Shown: piece by piece, positions 42,001 to 51,287 of the stretch
How positions within the stretch are numbered: the stretch's first letter is position 1
How the letters are laid out: each line of letters opens with the position of its first letter
Source of the DNA: an uncultured Chloroflexia bacterium
Lineage (GTDB): Bacteria; Chloroflexota; Limnocylindria; Limnocylindrales; CSP1-4
Length of the DNA: 64,000 bases
NCBI GenBank assembly: GCA_963814315.1
Contig: CAWFCG010000001.1
Location: 904,146 to 968,145 of the forward strand
Reading direction: 5' to 3'
Translations under genes and position numbers: made by a program
The notes under the pieces: generated by a model
What the model saw: only the letters and a program-made list of their open reading frames with translations
Database searches by the model: none
What the model was told of the DNA's origin: nothing

Positions 42001-42900
42001 TCAGTCCTCCCGTTCCGGCGTGGCCGGCGGTTCGGCAGTGGCCGGCGGTTCCGGCCTGACGGGTGCGTCAACCCCCGTCAGGCTCGCCTCGGGTCGCGCA
42101 GTTCCCGCTTCGACGCGTTTGGCCTCTGCCTCCGCGGCAGCCTTGCCCAGATACGCCTCGATGACGCGTTTGTCACTCTGGATCTGGGCCGCTGTGCCTT
42201 CGGCGATCCGCTCGCCATAGTCGAGCACGGTGATGCGTTCGCTGATGTCCATGACGACGCGCATCTCATGCTCGATGAGCAGGATGGTGATGCCCAGGTC
42301 GTCGCGCAATCGGCGGATGAGACCGGTCATGCCGCGCGTCTCGGCCGGGTTCATGCCCGCCGTGGGCTCGTCTAGCAGCAAGAGCCGCGGGCTGGTGGCG
42401 AGCGCGCGCGCGATCTCCAGGCGTCGCTGGTCACCGTAGGGCAGGTTGCTCGCCAGCAGGTCATGGCGACCCCCCGTCAGGCCGACGTAGTCGAGCAGCC
42501 GGTGTGCCTCCTCGAGTGCTTCGGCCTCCTCTGCCCGCTGGCCGCGCGTCCTGAGCACGGCGCGGATCCAGCTGGATGAAAGATGCTGGTGTTCGCCAAC
42601 CAGCACGTTCTCGGCCGCGGTCATGCCGCCGAACAGCCGGATGTTCTGGTACGTCCGCGACAGTCCCAGCCGGGCGATCTTGTCCGGTCGCAACTCATGG
42701 ATCTCGGTACCAGCCAGGCTGATGGTGCCATCGTCGATCTGGTAGAAGCCAGCGATGCAATTGAAGAACGTCGTCTTGCCGGCACCGTTGGGGCCGATGA
42801 CGCTGACGATGGCGCCTTCATCGAGATCGAAGGTGAGGTCATTGACCGCCGTCAGGCCACCGAACCGCTTGGTGGCATTACGGGCTTCGAGCAGCGCCAC
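42001..42900 (-). CDS. livG: Branched-chain amino-acid ABC ATP-binding protein
   Basis: FGGLTAV, GPNGAGKT, LPYGDQRRLEIARAL, DEPTAG, EAYLG. Confidence 0.93.
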   Translation of the reverse strand: MALLEARNATKRFGGLTAVNDLTFDLDEGAIVSVIGPNGAGKTTFFNCIAGFYQIDDGTISLAGTEIHELRPDKIARLGLSRTYQNIRLFGGMTAAENVLVGEHQHLSSSWIRAVLRTRGQRAEEAEALEEAHRLLDYVGLTGGRHDLLASNLPYGDQRRLEIARALATSPRLLLLDEPTAGMNPAETRGMTGLIRRLRDDLGITILLIEHEMRVVMDISERITVLDYGERIAEGTAAQIQSDKRVIEAYLGKAAAEAEAKRVEAGTARPEASLTGVDAPVRPEPPATAEPPATPERED

Positions 42901-42903
42901 GGC

Positions 42904-44715
42904 CTAGGCTCCTCCGTCCGTGCCGGCGGTGGCGGTCGTCGCGGCTGATGGCGCTCCTGGCTCCACGTTGGGGCCCTCCTTGGGGTGCATCTCGTGGCGT
43001 CCCACCTGTGACGGCAGCAGGCCCTCCGGGCGCCAGCGCATGACCAGGATGAGCGCGATGCCATAGAGCAGGAAGCGGTACTCGGCGAACTCGCGAAAGA
43101 GCTCGGGCAAGCCGATGATGACGATGGCACCCAGGATGACGCCCGGAATCCTGCCCTTGCCGCCGATGATGATGATAGTGACGACGAGGATGGACACGTT
43201 GATGTTGATCGAGCTGGGTTGGATGGAGCCGTAGAGCGACGCGAAGACGGCACCGCCGAGGCCGGCAAATGCGGCGCCCAGCATGTAAGCCAGCGACTTG
43301 GTCTGGACCAGGTTAATGCCAAGTGCCTCGGCGACATCCTCGTCCTCGCGGATGGCGACCCAAGCCCGCCCTAGTCGCGAATCCCGTAGACGCACGGCCA
43401 CGAAGGCGATGATGGCGATCGAGACCAGCGAGACGTAGTAGATCTGATTGGGCCCCGCCAACCAGCTGTCCGACGAGACCTCGATGCCGATCGAGGCGAG
43501 TGGCTTGGGGATGTTGGTGATGCCCGCAGGGCCCCCGATATAGGGCTTGAGCAGGTCAGATCTGGCCAGGATGGCGATGATCTCTCCGAAGCCCAGCGTG
43601 GCGATGGCCAAGTAGTCGCCGCGGATGCCCAGGATGGGCAGCCCCAAGAGCAGCCCGAACCCCATCGCCGCGAGGATGGCGAATGGGATGGCCACGAAGA
43701 ACGGCCAGCCCAGTCCGAAATCGCCCGCTGACGTCAGCAACGCGACCGTGTAGGCGCCTACCGCGAAGAAGGCCACGAAGCCTAGGTCCAACAGGCCCGC
43801 CAGCCCCAGCGTGATGTTGAGCCCCAGGCCCATCAGGGCGTAGAGCGCCACGAGCGCGATGACCGAGGGGATGAAGCCGGTGAACCCCAGCGGCAGCAGC
43901 AGCACGAACAGCAGCAGGAGAGCACCGGCGGGGATGACGAGCGCCGGATGCTGTCGGGTCTCCACCGGAAGCGCGTGGTAGCGCTGCGCCGGCTTGAACA
44001 GGATCCAGGCGAGATAGGCCAGCACGACGAGCCCGACCACGGCGATGACTCCGCCGGCACGCAGTCCATTGGAGGCGAAAAGCTCGCGTGCCAGCCCGGA
44101 CGTCAGGTCGTGCTGCAGCATCGGCGAGCGCACGATGCTCGCGAACAGACCCATGATGATAAGCGCGGCGGTGATGACGACGATGAGGTTGCGCGCCAGT
44201 CGCGGCAGGAGCGAGAGCAGGCCACCCAGCGTGCCCAGGCTCATGCCGATCAGGGCCGGGAACCAGAAGGTCGTGGGGAAGGCGTCGCCGCTCCACATGT
44301 CACGGGCGTTCTCCACGCCCAGCAGATCCGCGCCCGAGATGAGGTCGTAGAGGTCGGGTGAGGCATTGGGCAGGTAGTCACGCAAGCCCACTGCCGGCCC
44401 CACCACGATGAGCAGCGAGAGAGCGGCACCGGCCATCAACCCGGTCACGGCCGCGGCGATGATGATGTTGGTCATACCCGCTGGGGCCTTGCGAGCGCCG
44501 GCATAGCCGGCGGCGATAGCGGTTAGCAGTAGCACCCCCTGCCCGACGGTGATGACGTCCTCGATGACGTCGCGTTCCTCGAACGTGCCCACGATGCCGA
44601 CGAGCGTGAGGTACAGCGCTGCCCCCGCGAACAGCAGGCCCACGATGACGACCTGCTTCCAGGCCTCCCAACCGCGAGCTACACCGAGTGTCCCCGCTGC
44701 GGCGCTGGCGGTCAT
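42904..44715 (-). CDS. livM: Branched-chain amino-acid ABC permease with N-terminal extension
   Basis: GLNI..GLAGLLDLGFVAFFAVGAY, RGDYLAIATLGFGE, SRLGRAW.AIREDE. Confidence 0.9.
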   Translation of the reverse strand: MTASAAAGTLGVARGWEAWKQVVIVGLLFAGAALYLTLVGIVGTFEERDVIEDVITVGQGVLLLTAIAAGYAGARKAPAGMTNIIIAAAVTGLMAGAALSLLIVVGPAVGLRDYLPNASPDLYDLISGADLLGVENARDMWSGDAFPTTFWFPALIGMSLGTLGGLLSLLPRLARNLIVVITAALIIMGLFASIVRSPMLQHDLTSGLARELFASNGLRAGGVIAVVGLVVLAYLAWILFKPAQRYHALPVETRQHPALVIPAGALLLLFVLLLPLGFTGFIPSVIALVALYALMGLGLNITLGLAGLLDLGFVAFFAVGAYTVALLTSAGDFGLGWPFFVAIPFAILAAMGFGLLLGLPILGIRGDYLAIATLGFGEIIAILARSDLLKPYIGGPAGITNIPKPLASIGIEVSSDSWLAGPNQIYYVSLVSIAIIAFVAVRLRDSRLGRAWVAIREDEDVAEALGINLVQTKSLAYMLGAAFAGLGGAVFASLYGSIQPSSININVSILVVTIIIIGGKGRIPGVILGAIVIIGLPELFREFAEYRFLLYGIALILVMRWRPEGLLPSQVGRHEMHPKEGPNVEPGAPSAATTATAGTDGGA

Positions 44716-45821
44716 GCGCGCGACCTCGAGAGCCGCTCACCCAGGATGCCCTGGGGTCGGAACATCAGCACCATCACCAGGATGGTGAAGGCGATGACGT
44801 CCTTCAATTGGCCGGAGGAGGGGACGCCGAGTCCGTCGATGATGAGCAGCGAGCCGATCGACTCAGCTTCGCCGAGCACGAAGCCGCCGACCATGGCGCC
44901 GGGGATATTGCCGATGCCGCCCAGGACCGCCGCGGTGAAGGCCTTGATACCGGGGATGAAGCCGCTGAAGAAGTTGACCTGGCCCCACAGCTGACCGTAG
45001 AGGACGCCCGCCGCACCGGCCATCGCCGCGCCCACCGCGAACGTCGTCACGATGGCGCGGTTGACGTCGATGCCCATCAGGGCGGCGGTTTGCTTGTCTT
45101 CGGAAACCGCACGGATGGCGGTGCCGATCTTGGAGCGCATCACGAACAGGTAGAGCACGGCCATCATCACCAGTGCCGAGACGATGACGACTACCTCGAT
45201 CCACTTGATCCCGAGCGCGGAAAGCAGCGGCAGCGACACGTCAGCCTCGAGGATGTCGATGTCTGGGTAGCGGAAGATGCCCGGACCGACCAGGCCGGCC
45301 ACGGTGTACTGAAGGAAGAACGACGCGCCGATGGCGCTGATGAGCAGCACCAGCCGGGGTGAGTTGCGCAGCGGCCGGTAGGCGACGCGCTCGACCGCGA
45401 GGGCCACCAGCGTGGAGACGATGGCGGCGACGAGCATCATCAGCAAGAATGAGACGATCGAGGCCAGGGGACTGGCGTTGAGGATGCCGGCGTCGTCCAG
45501 GATCACGGAGGTGAAGTAGCCCGCGAACATGCCGATCATGAAGATCTCGCCGTGGGCAAAGTTGATCATCTTCATGATCCCGTAGACCATCGTGTAGCCC
45601 AGCGCGATGAGCGCGTAGATGCCGCCTTGCACGGCACCATTGACGACGAGATCCGTCCAGGTCTCAAGGTCGAACTTGCCGCTGCTGATGGTCAGCAGCG
45701 AGCCCACCACCACCAGCAGCACGAGCAGGATGCGGAAGGCCCACAGGAAGGCGCTGACAGCGCCTTCGAAGGCGGTCTCGGTCCGGCTCGGACGACGGCG
45801 CGGTCTCAGGGTCGTTCGCAC
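44712..45821 (-). CDS. livH: Branched-chain amino-acid ABC permease
   Basis: YALIALGYTMVYG..INFAHGE, KAFTAAVLGGIG, RPQGILG. Confidence 0.92.
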   Translation of the reverse strand: MRTTLRPRRRPSRTETAFEGAVSAFLWAFRILLVLLVVVGSLLTISSGKFDLETWTDLVVNGAVQGGIYALIALGYTMVYGIMKMINFAHGEIFMIGMFAGYFTSVILDDAGILNASPLASIVSFLLMMLVAAIVSTLVALAVERVAYRPLRNSPRLVLLISAIGASFFLQYTVAGLVGPGIFRYPDIDILEADVSLPLLSALGIKWIEVVVIVSALVMMAVLYLFVMRSKIGTAIRAVSEDKQTAALMGIDVNRAIVTTFAVGAAMAGAAGVLYGQLWGQVNFFSGFIPGIKAFTAAVLGGIGNIPGAMVGGFVLGEAESIGSLLIIDGLGVPSSGQLKDVIAFTILVMVLMFRPQGILGERLSRSRA

Positions 45822-45928
45822 GTTGGGCTCTCAGTGCTGGGTCAGGTGCGTTGGAGGTCCGGACGTGGACGAGCCGGGCGTTGGGACGCCCGGCTCGAGA
45901 CCACGAGTCCGTTCAGATGTAGCTGCTT

Positions 45929-47152
45929 CTACTCCGCAGCCGGCCAGGCGAGCGCGGGCGGGAAGACCCCGTCTTCGACGGTGTCGAGCCCGACCTGGTA
46001 GATGCCGATGATCGACGCGCCGCAGTCCCCGCTCTCGGTGCATGTCAGCGTACCCGTGACGCCGGGGAAGTCCTTGGTGGCGTAGATGGCCGAGCGCAGT
46101 TCGCCCAGGTCGATGCTAAGGGATCCATCGTCGTTCTGGACAGCCACCTGCTCGATGGCCGCGAACAGAATATTGATGGCGTCGTAGACGTGCGCGTGGA
46201 ACGACTGCATGGGGCTGTCCAGGCCGGTCAGCTCCAGGTAGCCATCAAGCATGTCCTGGTAGCTCTCGGCGAGGAGGCCGAAGTTGGGGGCGGACAGGTA
46301 CATGCCCTCGACGGTCGGGCCGGCAGCATCGACGAAGTCGAGCGAGAACAGACCGTCGCTGCCGAAGAGGATGACGTCTTCAAGGCCGGCGACATCAGCG
46401 TGCTGGTCGACCAGGAAGCCGCCCTCATCGGTGAACACCGGCATGTAGATGAGCTCTGGCTCGCCCTCGGCCACGTTGGTCAGGACCGCCTTCATGTCAG
46501 TCTGGCCCTCGTTCACCGCGGTCGCCAGGGTGATCTCACCACCCAGCTTCGTGAACTCGTCGGCGAAGACGCCCGTCAACGACTCGGCATAGATGGAGCC
46601 GTCGTGGATGGTCGCTGCCTTCTTGACACCTAGCTCGTTGAACACGAACTCGGCCACGACCTTGCCCTGCACGGCATCGCTCCAGGCGGTGCGCAGGAAG
46701 CCATCAAAGCGCGCATCGCGATCGGGGAACGTCAGCGCGGGGGCAGTCGCAGAGCCGGAGATGTGGGTAAGGCCGGATTCGGTCACGATCTGAGCGGCGG
46801 CATCGGCTGCGCCGGAACAGGCCGGGCCGATGATGCCTACGATGTCCGGGTCAGACGTCAGGGCTTGGGCTGCCTGCGCGCCACCTTCGGGGCTGCACAG
46901 CGAGTCCTGGATGACCAGCTCGATCTCATGGCCGAGCAGCTCACCATCGCGGTCCTCGACCGCCGTCTGGATGCCGGCCACCATGTCATCGCCCAGCACG
47001 GCATTCGCGCCGGAAAGGACGAACATGGCACCGACCTTGATGGGCTCGCCATCAGGGATCGTCACGACTCGCGAATCCTGTGCGGCCGCGGGGGCAGCGA
47101 ACGTGGCCAGCAGACCGGCCGCCGCCAGTATGCTGAGGCTCCTTCTCATCAT
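45929..47152 (-). CDS. Branched-chain amino-acid ABC substrate-binding protein (LivK/LivJ family)
   Basis: Signal peptide, IGPACSG, SATAPALT, DAVQG, FPGVTG; ATG at 47152 after AGGAG. Confidence 0.9.
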   Translation of the reverse strand: MMRRSLSILAAAGLLATFAAPAAAQDSRVVTIPDGEPIKVGAMFVLSGANAVLGDDMVAGIQTAVEDRDGELLGHEIELVIQDSLCSPEGGAQAAQALTSDPDIVGIIGPACSGAADAAAQIVTESGLTHISGSATAPALTFPDRDARFDGFLRTAWSDAVQGKVVAEFVFNELGVKKAATIHDGSIYAESLTGVFADEFTKLGGEITLATAVNEGQTDMKAVLTNVAEGEPELIYMPVFTDEGGFLVDQHADVAGLEDVILFGSDGLFSLDFVDAAGPTVEGMYLSAPNFGLLAESYQDMLDGYLELTGLDSPMQSFHAHVYDAINILFAAIEQVAVQNDDGSLSIDLGELRSAIYATKDFPGVTGTLTCTESGDCGASIIGIYQVGLDTVEDGVFPPALAWPAAE

Positions 47153-47913
47153 GTTCCTGGATCTCCTCCTATTGGGGTCGGCCACCGGTCCGACATGGAA
47201 CCGGTCTGCCACTTGGCCGCGGCGCTGCGGTCGTCCGTCTCGCGGCAACGAGCGCGGATGGATCCACGACGGGTGTGGTCACCCAGTCCCGGTTCCCCAC
47301 ACCCTCGTGACGCGAGACATGCGCACGCAACGGCCGTGACCGCTCAAGCGTGGCGACATTCTAGACTGATGCGTGGTCGTTGTATGGTCGCAGTGCGGCG
47401 CTATCTCGGATACGGTGCCTCGTACCGATGATGCCGGCGCGCCAAAGCGACATCAGTGTGTTGACCGGGCGCACCGACGGGCTTGGTGATAGCAGTGATC
47501 CGCACCGCTGGGGTGATCCGCGGGACCAGCACTTCAGGGGACATGCTCACGGCGAGTGCCTGGTGCAGTATGATAGGTAGCGACGTCTCGAATGCCAGAC
47601 GCCGCGAGCGCCCCGGGCGTGTGCGGACAGTGACCCGACGTGGCCCTGTGATCACCCGGTGCGGCGCGCTCAAGGACGGTCTACCGCCACCACAAGGCGA
47701 GGGGCCACGTTCCATTCTGGACGCGATCAGTCGTGATCAGACTCCGGTGAAGCCCGCTTGGGCCCGGTGTCACTGAGGAGATCGACACATCAGCAACGAC
47801 CGGACACGAACATCGCGATGCGCGCTGGGCTCAGCCCAAGGACGCGACCGTCGCTTCGAGTGCCCAGCCTCGCAGAGTCGCGAACCGCGGCTCGTACCAC
47901 ACAGGAGTCCTGC

Positions 47914-49788
47914 GTGAGCAAGAACGTCGCCGTCTTCGTTGACGTCGCGAACATCTTCTATGCGGCCAAGGCCGCAGGGATCGACATCGACTACGTCACC
48001 CTTCTCAAGTCGGCCACGGCGGGCCGCGACTTCGTACGCGCCTACGCCTACACCGGCCTCGATCCCGAGAATGAGAACCAACGCCAATTCCATGCCTTCC
48101 TGGCCCGTAGCGGCTACAAGGTCGTCAGCAAGGACATCCGCAAGTACGGCGACGGCCGCATCAAGGCAAACCTTGACATCGAGCTCGTCGTCGACCTCAT
48201 GCGCATGGGTGAGAAGCTGGACGTCGCCGTCGTCATCTCGGGTGACGGTGACTTCGCCCCCGCCATCGCGGCAGTGCAGCAGATGGGCGTCCGGGTAGAG
48301 GTCATCAGCTTCCGCGGCAACACCAGCAGTGATCTCATCGACGTCGCCGACGTGTTCATCGACATCACCACGGTGGCCAAGGTGGAGAAGGGCGTCCGTA
48401 GTGGGCGCCGAGTGGCGTCCGTCGGCGATCTTTCCATGACTGAGGTGCCTGACAAGGAATCGGGCGTAGTCCCCCGTCGGCGTCGGCGTCGCGGTGAGAC
48501 GGATGACATGGTGGACAAGCCAGAACGTGCTCCGCGTCGTCCCCGTACCGTCAGGGCAGCGGCCGCAGCGACATCCGTCGAGTCCCCTGTGCCGGACCCT
48601 GTCGGCAGCACGAGGCCCATTGCCGCCAGCCTGGTCGCGCTGCCGGGCGAGAAGCTCTCCCGCGGTGCTGAGGTTCCGGCCGCGGTGCCCGAGATCGAGA
48701 TCGAGGCCGAGACCGTCGAGACGTCCGTGCCGGGTGAAGCGCAGTCGTCCGACGACGGCCGCCGCCGCCGCCGTCGTCGTGGTGGTCGTGGTCGTGGTCG
48801 AGGTGGCCGCGCCGATGAGGGCGCCGAAGGGTCGTCCGAGGGCTCGCCTGAGGAGATCGATGACGATGTGGCCGCGGTCAGCGCGCTGCCGGATGAGATT
48901 CCCACGCTTCCCCAGCATTCCGGGTTCGGCTCGGTCTGGGACAGCCAGATCGGCGTGCCCGCTGAGACGGCCACGTCGAGGCCGGCCCAAACGACGGCAT
49001 CCCCCGATGGCGAGGAGTTCGACGACGAGCCCGAGGTGCCTGAGTACCTGCTCTCAGAGAAACGACAGGGTGGTCGTGGTGGCCGAGACAGCCGAAGCGG
49101 CCGAAGCGGTCGAAATCGCGGTGGCAGCCCCGGCGGCTATCGTTCCGCCATCGACCGTGAGCGCTACGGTTCCGGGTCCGGATCCAGCTTCTCACGTGGC
49201 TCGGGCAATCGTGGTGGCCGAGGCCCATCGATGGGCACGCCTCGAGCCTCAGCGCGTTCGATGGATCCCATCGAGCAGACTCCCGGTGGCGATCCCTGGA
49301 GTGAGGTTCCGCCTGAAGTTCAGGCACTGCTGAAGGCTGAGTTGGCCCGCCGCGAGGCGGGTGCCGCCAAGCCCAAGCCTTCGGCTCCGGCCGAGGCGTC
49401 CACGCAGGCGACCGAGACGGCGGCGGCACCCAAGAAGCCCACCCGCCGCACCACCAGGAAGCCGGCCGCGGCGACCGAGGCTCCGGCCGAGGCGTCCACG
49501 CAGGCGACCGAGACGGCGGCGGCACCCAAGAAGCCCACCCGCCGCACCACCAGGAAGCCGGCCGCGGCGACCGAGGCTCCGGCCGAGGCGTCCACGCAGG
49601 CGACCGAGACGGCGGCGGCACCCAAGAAGCCCACCCGCCGCACCACCAGGAAGCCGGCCGCGGCGACCGAGGCTCCGGCCGAGGCGTCCACGCAGGCGAC
49701 CGAGACGGCGGCGGCACCCAAGAAGCCCACCCGCCGCACCACCAGGAAGCCGGCCGCGGCGACCGAGGCTCCGGCCGAAGACGCGTAG
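47914..49788 (+). CDS. NYN/LabA (DUF88) PIN-like ribonuclease with ~450-aa disordered tail
   Basis: VFVDVAN, KANLDIELVVD, SGDGDF, SSDL..AD.F; GTG at 47914 after AGGAG. Confidence 0.88.
   Translation: MSKNVAVFVDVANIFYAAKAAGIDIDYVTLLKSATAGRDFVRAYAYTGLDPENENQRQFHAFLARSGYKVVSKDIRKYGDGRIKANLDIELVVDLMRMGEKLDVAVVISGDGDFAPAIAAVQQMGVRVEVISFRGNTSSDLIDVADVFIDITTVAKVEKGVRSGRRVASVGDLSMTEVPDKESGVVPRRRRRRGETDDMVDKPERAPRRPRTVRAAAAATSVESPVPDPVGSTRPIAASLVALPGEKLSRGAEVPAAVPEIEIEAETVETSVPGEAQSSDDGRRRRRRRGGRGRGRGGRADEGAEGSSEGSPEEIDDDVAAVSALPDEIPTLPQHSGFGSVWDSQIGVPAETATSRPAQTTASPDGEEFDDEPEVPEYLLSEKRQGGRGGRDSRSGRSGRNRGGSPGGYRSAIDRERYGSGSGSSFSRGSGNRGGRGPSMGTPRASARSMDPIEQTPGGDPWSEVPPEVQALLKAELARREAGAAKPKPSAPAEASTQATETAAAPKKPTRRTTRKPAAATEAPAEASTQATETAAAPKKPTRRTTRKPAAATEAPAEASTQATETAAAPKKPTRRTTRKPAAATEAPAEASTQATETAAAPKKPTRRTTRKPAAATEAPAEDA
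49383..49778 (+). repeat. Coding tandem repeat: 4 identical 96-bp units plus a partial fifth
   Basis: Units start at 49383, 49479, 49575 and 49671 (partial at 49767); encodes APAEASTQATETAAAPKKPTRRTTRKPAAATE. Confidence 0.97.
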
Positions 49789-49798
49789 GTTCGCCGAC

Positions 49799-50935
49799 AT
49801 GGTCGATGCCGCCGAGCCTTCTCTGCCCGGCGGCAGGTTCCTGACCCGTGGGCACGCGCCGGCCCAGAGGGCAGTCGCCCTCGCTGTCCGCAGCCAGCAC
49901 CCGCCCCACGCACTCCTGTTGGTGGGTCCTCGCGGTATCGGCAAGACGACACTGGCACTCGACCTTGCCGCCGGGCTGCTTTGCCTCGCCGAGGACGTGG
50001 CGCTACGCCCTTGCCGCGACTGCGCCGCCTGCCGCAAGGTCGATGCTGGCGGCCATCCTGACGTGCACCTGTTGGCGCCAGAAGGTGCCGGTGAGCAGAT
50101 CCGGCTCGGGCAGGTCCAGACGCTGATAGCGGACCTGGCCTTGACAGCGATGGAGGGTCGCTTCCGCATCGCCATCATCAGCGCTGCCCAGCGCCTGAAC
50201 CTCGACGCCCAGAACGCACTCCTCAAGACGCTGGAGGAGCCCGGCCCGGCGACATGCCTGGTGCTCTGCGCTGACGACGCGGCGCCATTGCTGCCCACTG
50301 TGCTGTCGCGCTCGGCCCGCATGCGCCTCGCGCCACTGCCCGTCGAGATGCTCGCTGAACTGCTTGCCAAGGACGGCCACGCTCCGCCGGCCCACGCTCG
50401 AGCAGGCGCCCTCGCGGCCACAGGACGGCCCGGTTTGGCCATCCGGCTGGCGCGCCAACCAGAGGCAGTCCTGGCACGCGCTCGAATCGTTCGCACGCTG
50501 TTGGAGCTCGCCGCCGCCGACCGGCGCACTCGTCTCGCTGCTGCTGCCGACCTCATCACCGACGCCGCCTCGGTCGATGCGGCGATGCGTGACGAGCCAG
50601 CGCCGTCGTCAAGGCGCCTCCAGCCACTGGAGCGTCGCCGTGCCGTACATCTGATCATCGAAGCCTGGCGCGACGTGGGCCGAGATCTCGCGGTCGCTGC
50701 GCACGGCAACGGCCGAGGCATCCGCGACCTCGATCAACTCGAGGAGCTGCTGCTGCTGTCCGGTCGCCTCGATGAAGTCGCTCTGCACCGCTTCCTCGAT
50801 CGCCTCGACCGTCTGATGGTCGCCGTCGAGGGTTATGCCAGTCCCGAGCTCACGCTCGATGTCCTCTTGCTGACGTGGCCCAGACCACGCGCTCCCGGAG
50901 CCACGGGCGGCACGAGCACGACGAGTGCCGCATGA
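49799..50935 (+). CDS. holB: DNA polymerase III subunit delta'
   Basis: HALLLVGPRGIGK, PCRDCAAC, HPDV, AQNALLKTLEEP, LLPTVLSR; ATG at 49799. Confidence 0.93.
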   Translation: MVDAAEPSLPGGRFLTRGHAPAQRAVALAVRSQHPPHALLLVGPRGIGKTTLALDLAAGLLCLAEDVALRPCRDCAACRKVDAGGHPDVHLLAPEGAGEQIRLGQVQTLIADLALTAMEGRFRIAIISAAQRLNLDAQNALLKTLEEPGPATCLVLCADDAAPLLPTVLSRSARMRLAPLPVEMLAELLAKDGHAPPAHARAGALAATGRPGLAIRLARQPEAVLARARIVRTLLELAAADRRTRLAAAADLITDAASVDAAMRDEPAPSSRRLQPLERRRAVHLIIEAWRDVGRDLAVAAHGNGRGIRDLDQLEELLLLSGRLDEVALHRFLDRLDRLMVAVEGYASPELTLDVLLLTWPRPRAPGATGGTSTTSAA

Positions 50936-51240
50936 CGGCCCCATCAGGTGCCAGACGTCTCATGGCGATTGCGAGGGGCCAGGTCCAGGGGGTGGGCTTT
51001 CGCTGGTTCGTGGAGCGCGAGGCCGCGGGTCTGGGGCTGGACGGCTGGGTGTCCAACCAGGCCGATGGATCGGTCGAGGTCGTGGCCGAAGGCCCCAATG
51101 AGGCGCTTGATTCCCTGCTGCTGAGACTATGGGAGGGTCCCTCCGGGTCGGCGGTCAACCTGGTCGATGTGAGTTATGAGCCGGCCCGCGGAAACCTCAC
51201 CGGGTTTGCCATCCGCAGCGGAGCGCACCGCGGCGACTGA
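50932..51240 (+). CDS. acyP: Acylphosphatase
   Basis: GQVQGVGFR, GWVSNQADGSVE; ATGA overlap with holB. Confidence 0.93.
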   Translation: MTAPSGARRLMAIARGQVQGVGFRWFVEREAAGLGLDGWVSNQADGSVEVVAEGPNEALDSLLLRLWEGPSGSAVNLVDVSYEPARGNLTGFAIRSGAHRGD

Positions 51241-51287
51241 CCCTGGCCGGGTCAGACCGCGCTACATCGGACGCTGCTAAGGTGAAG

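Noticed and set aside
47735-47780. Cobalamin riboswitch (CCGGTGAAG...CACTG)
   Set aside because: The preceding GGGAA and the B12-box context are missing, and the downstream gene is unrelated.
49383-49778. CRISPR array
   Set aside because: Units are contiguous and identical with no unique spacers, lie in frame within a CDS, and there are no cas genes.
49361-49798. Arg/Pro-rich N-terminus on holB
   Set aside because: Off-frame reading of the 96-bp repeat; holB homology begins at ATG 49799.
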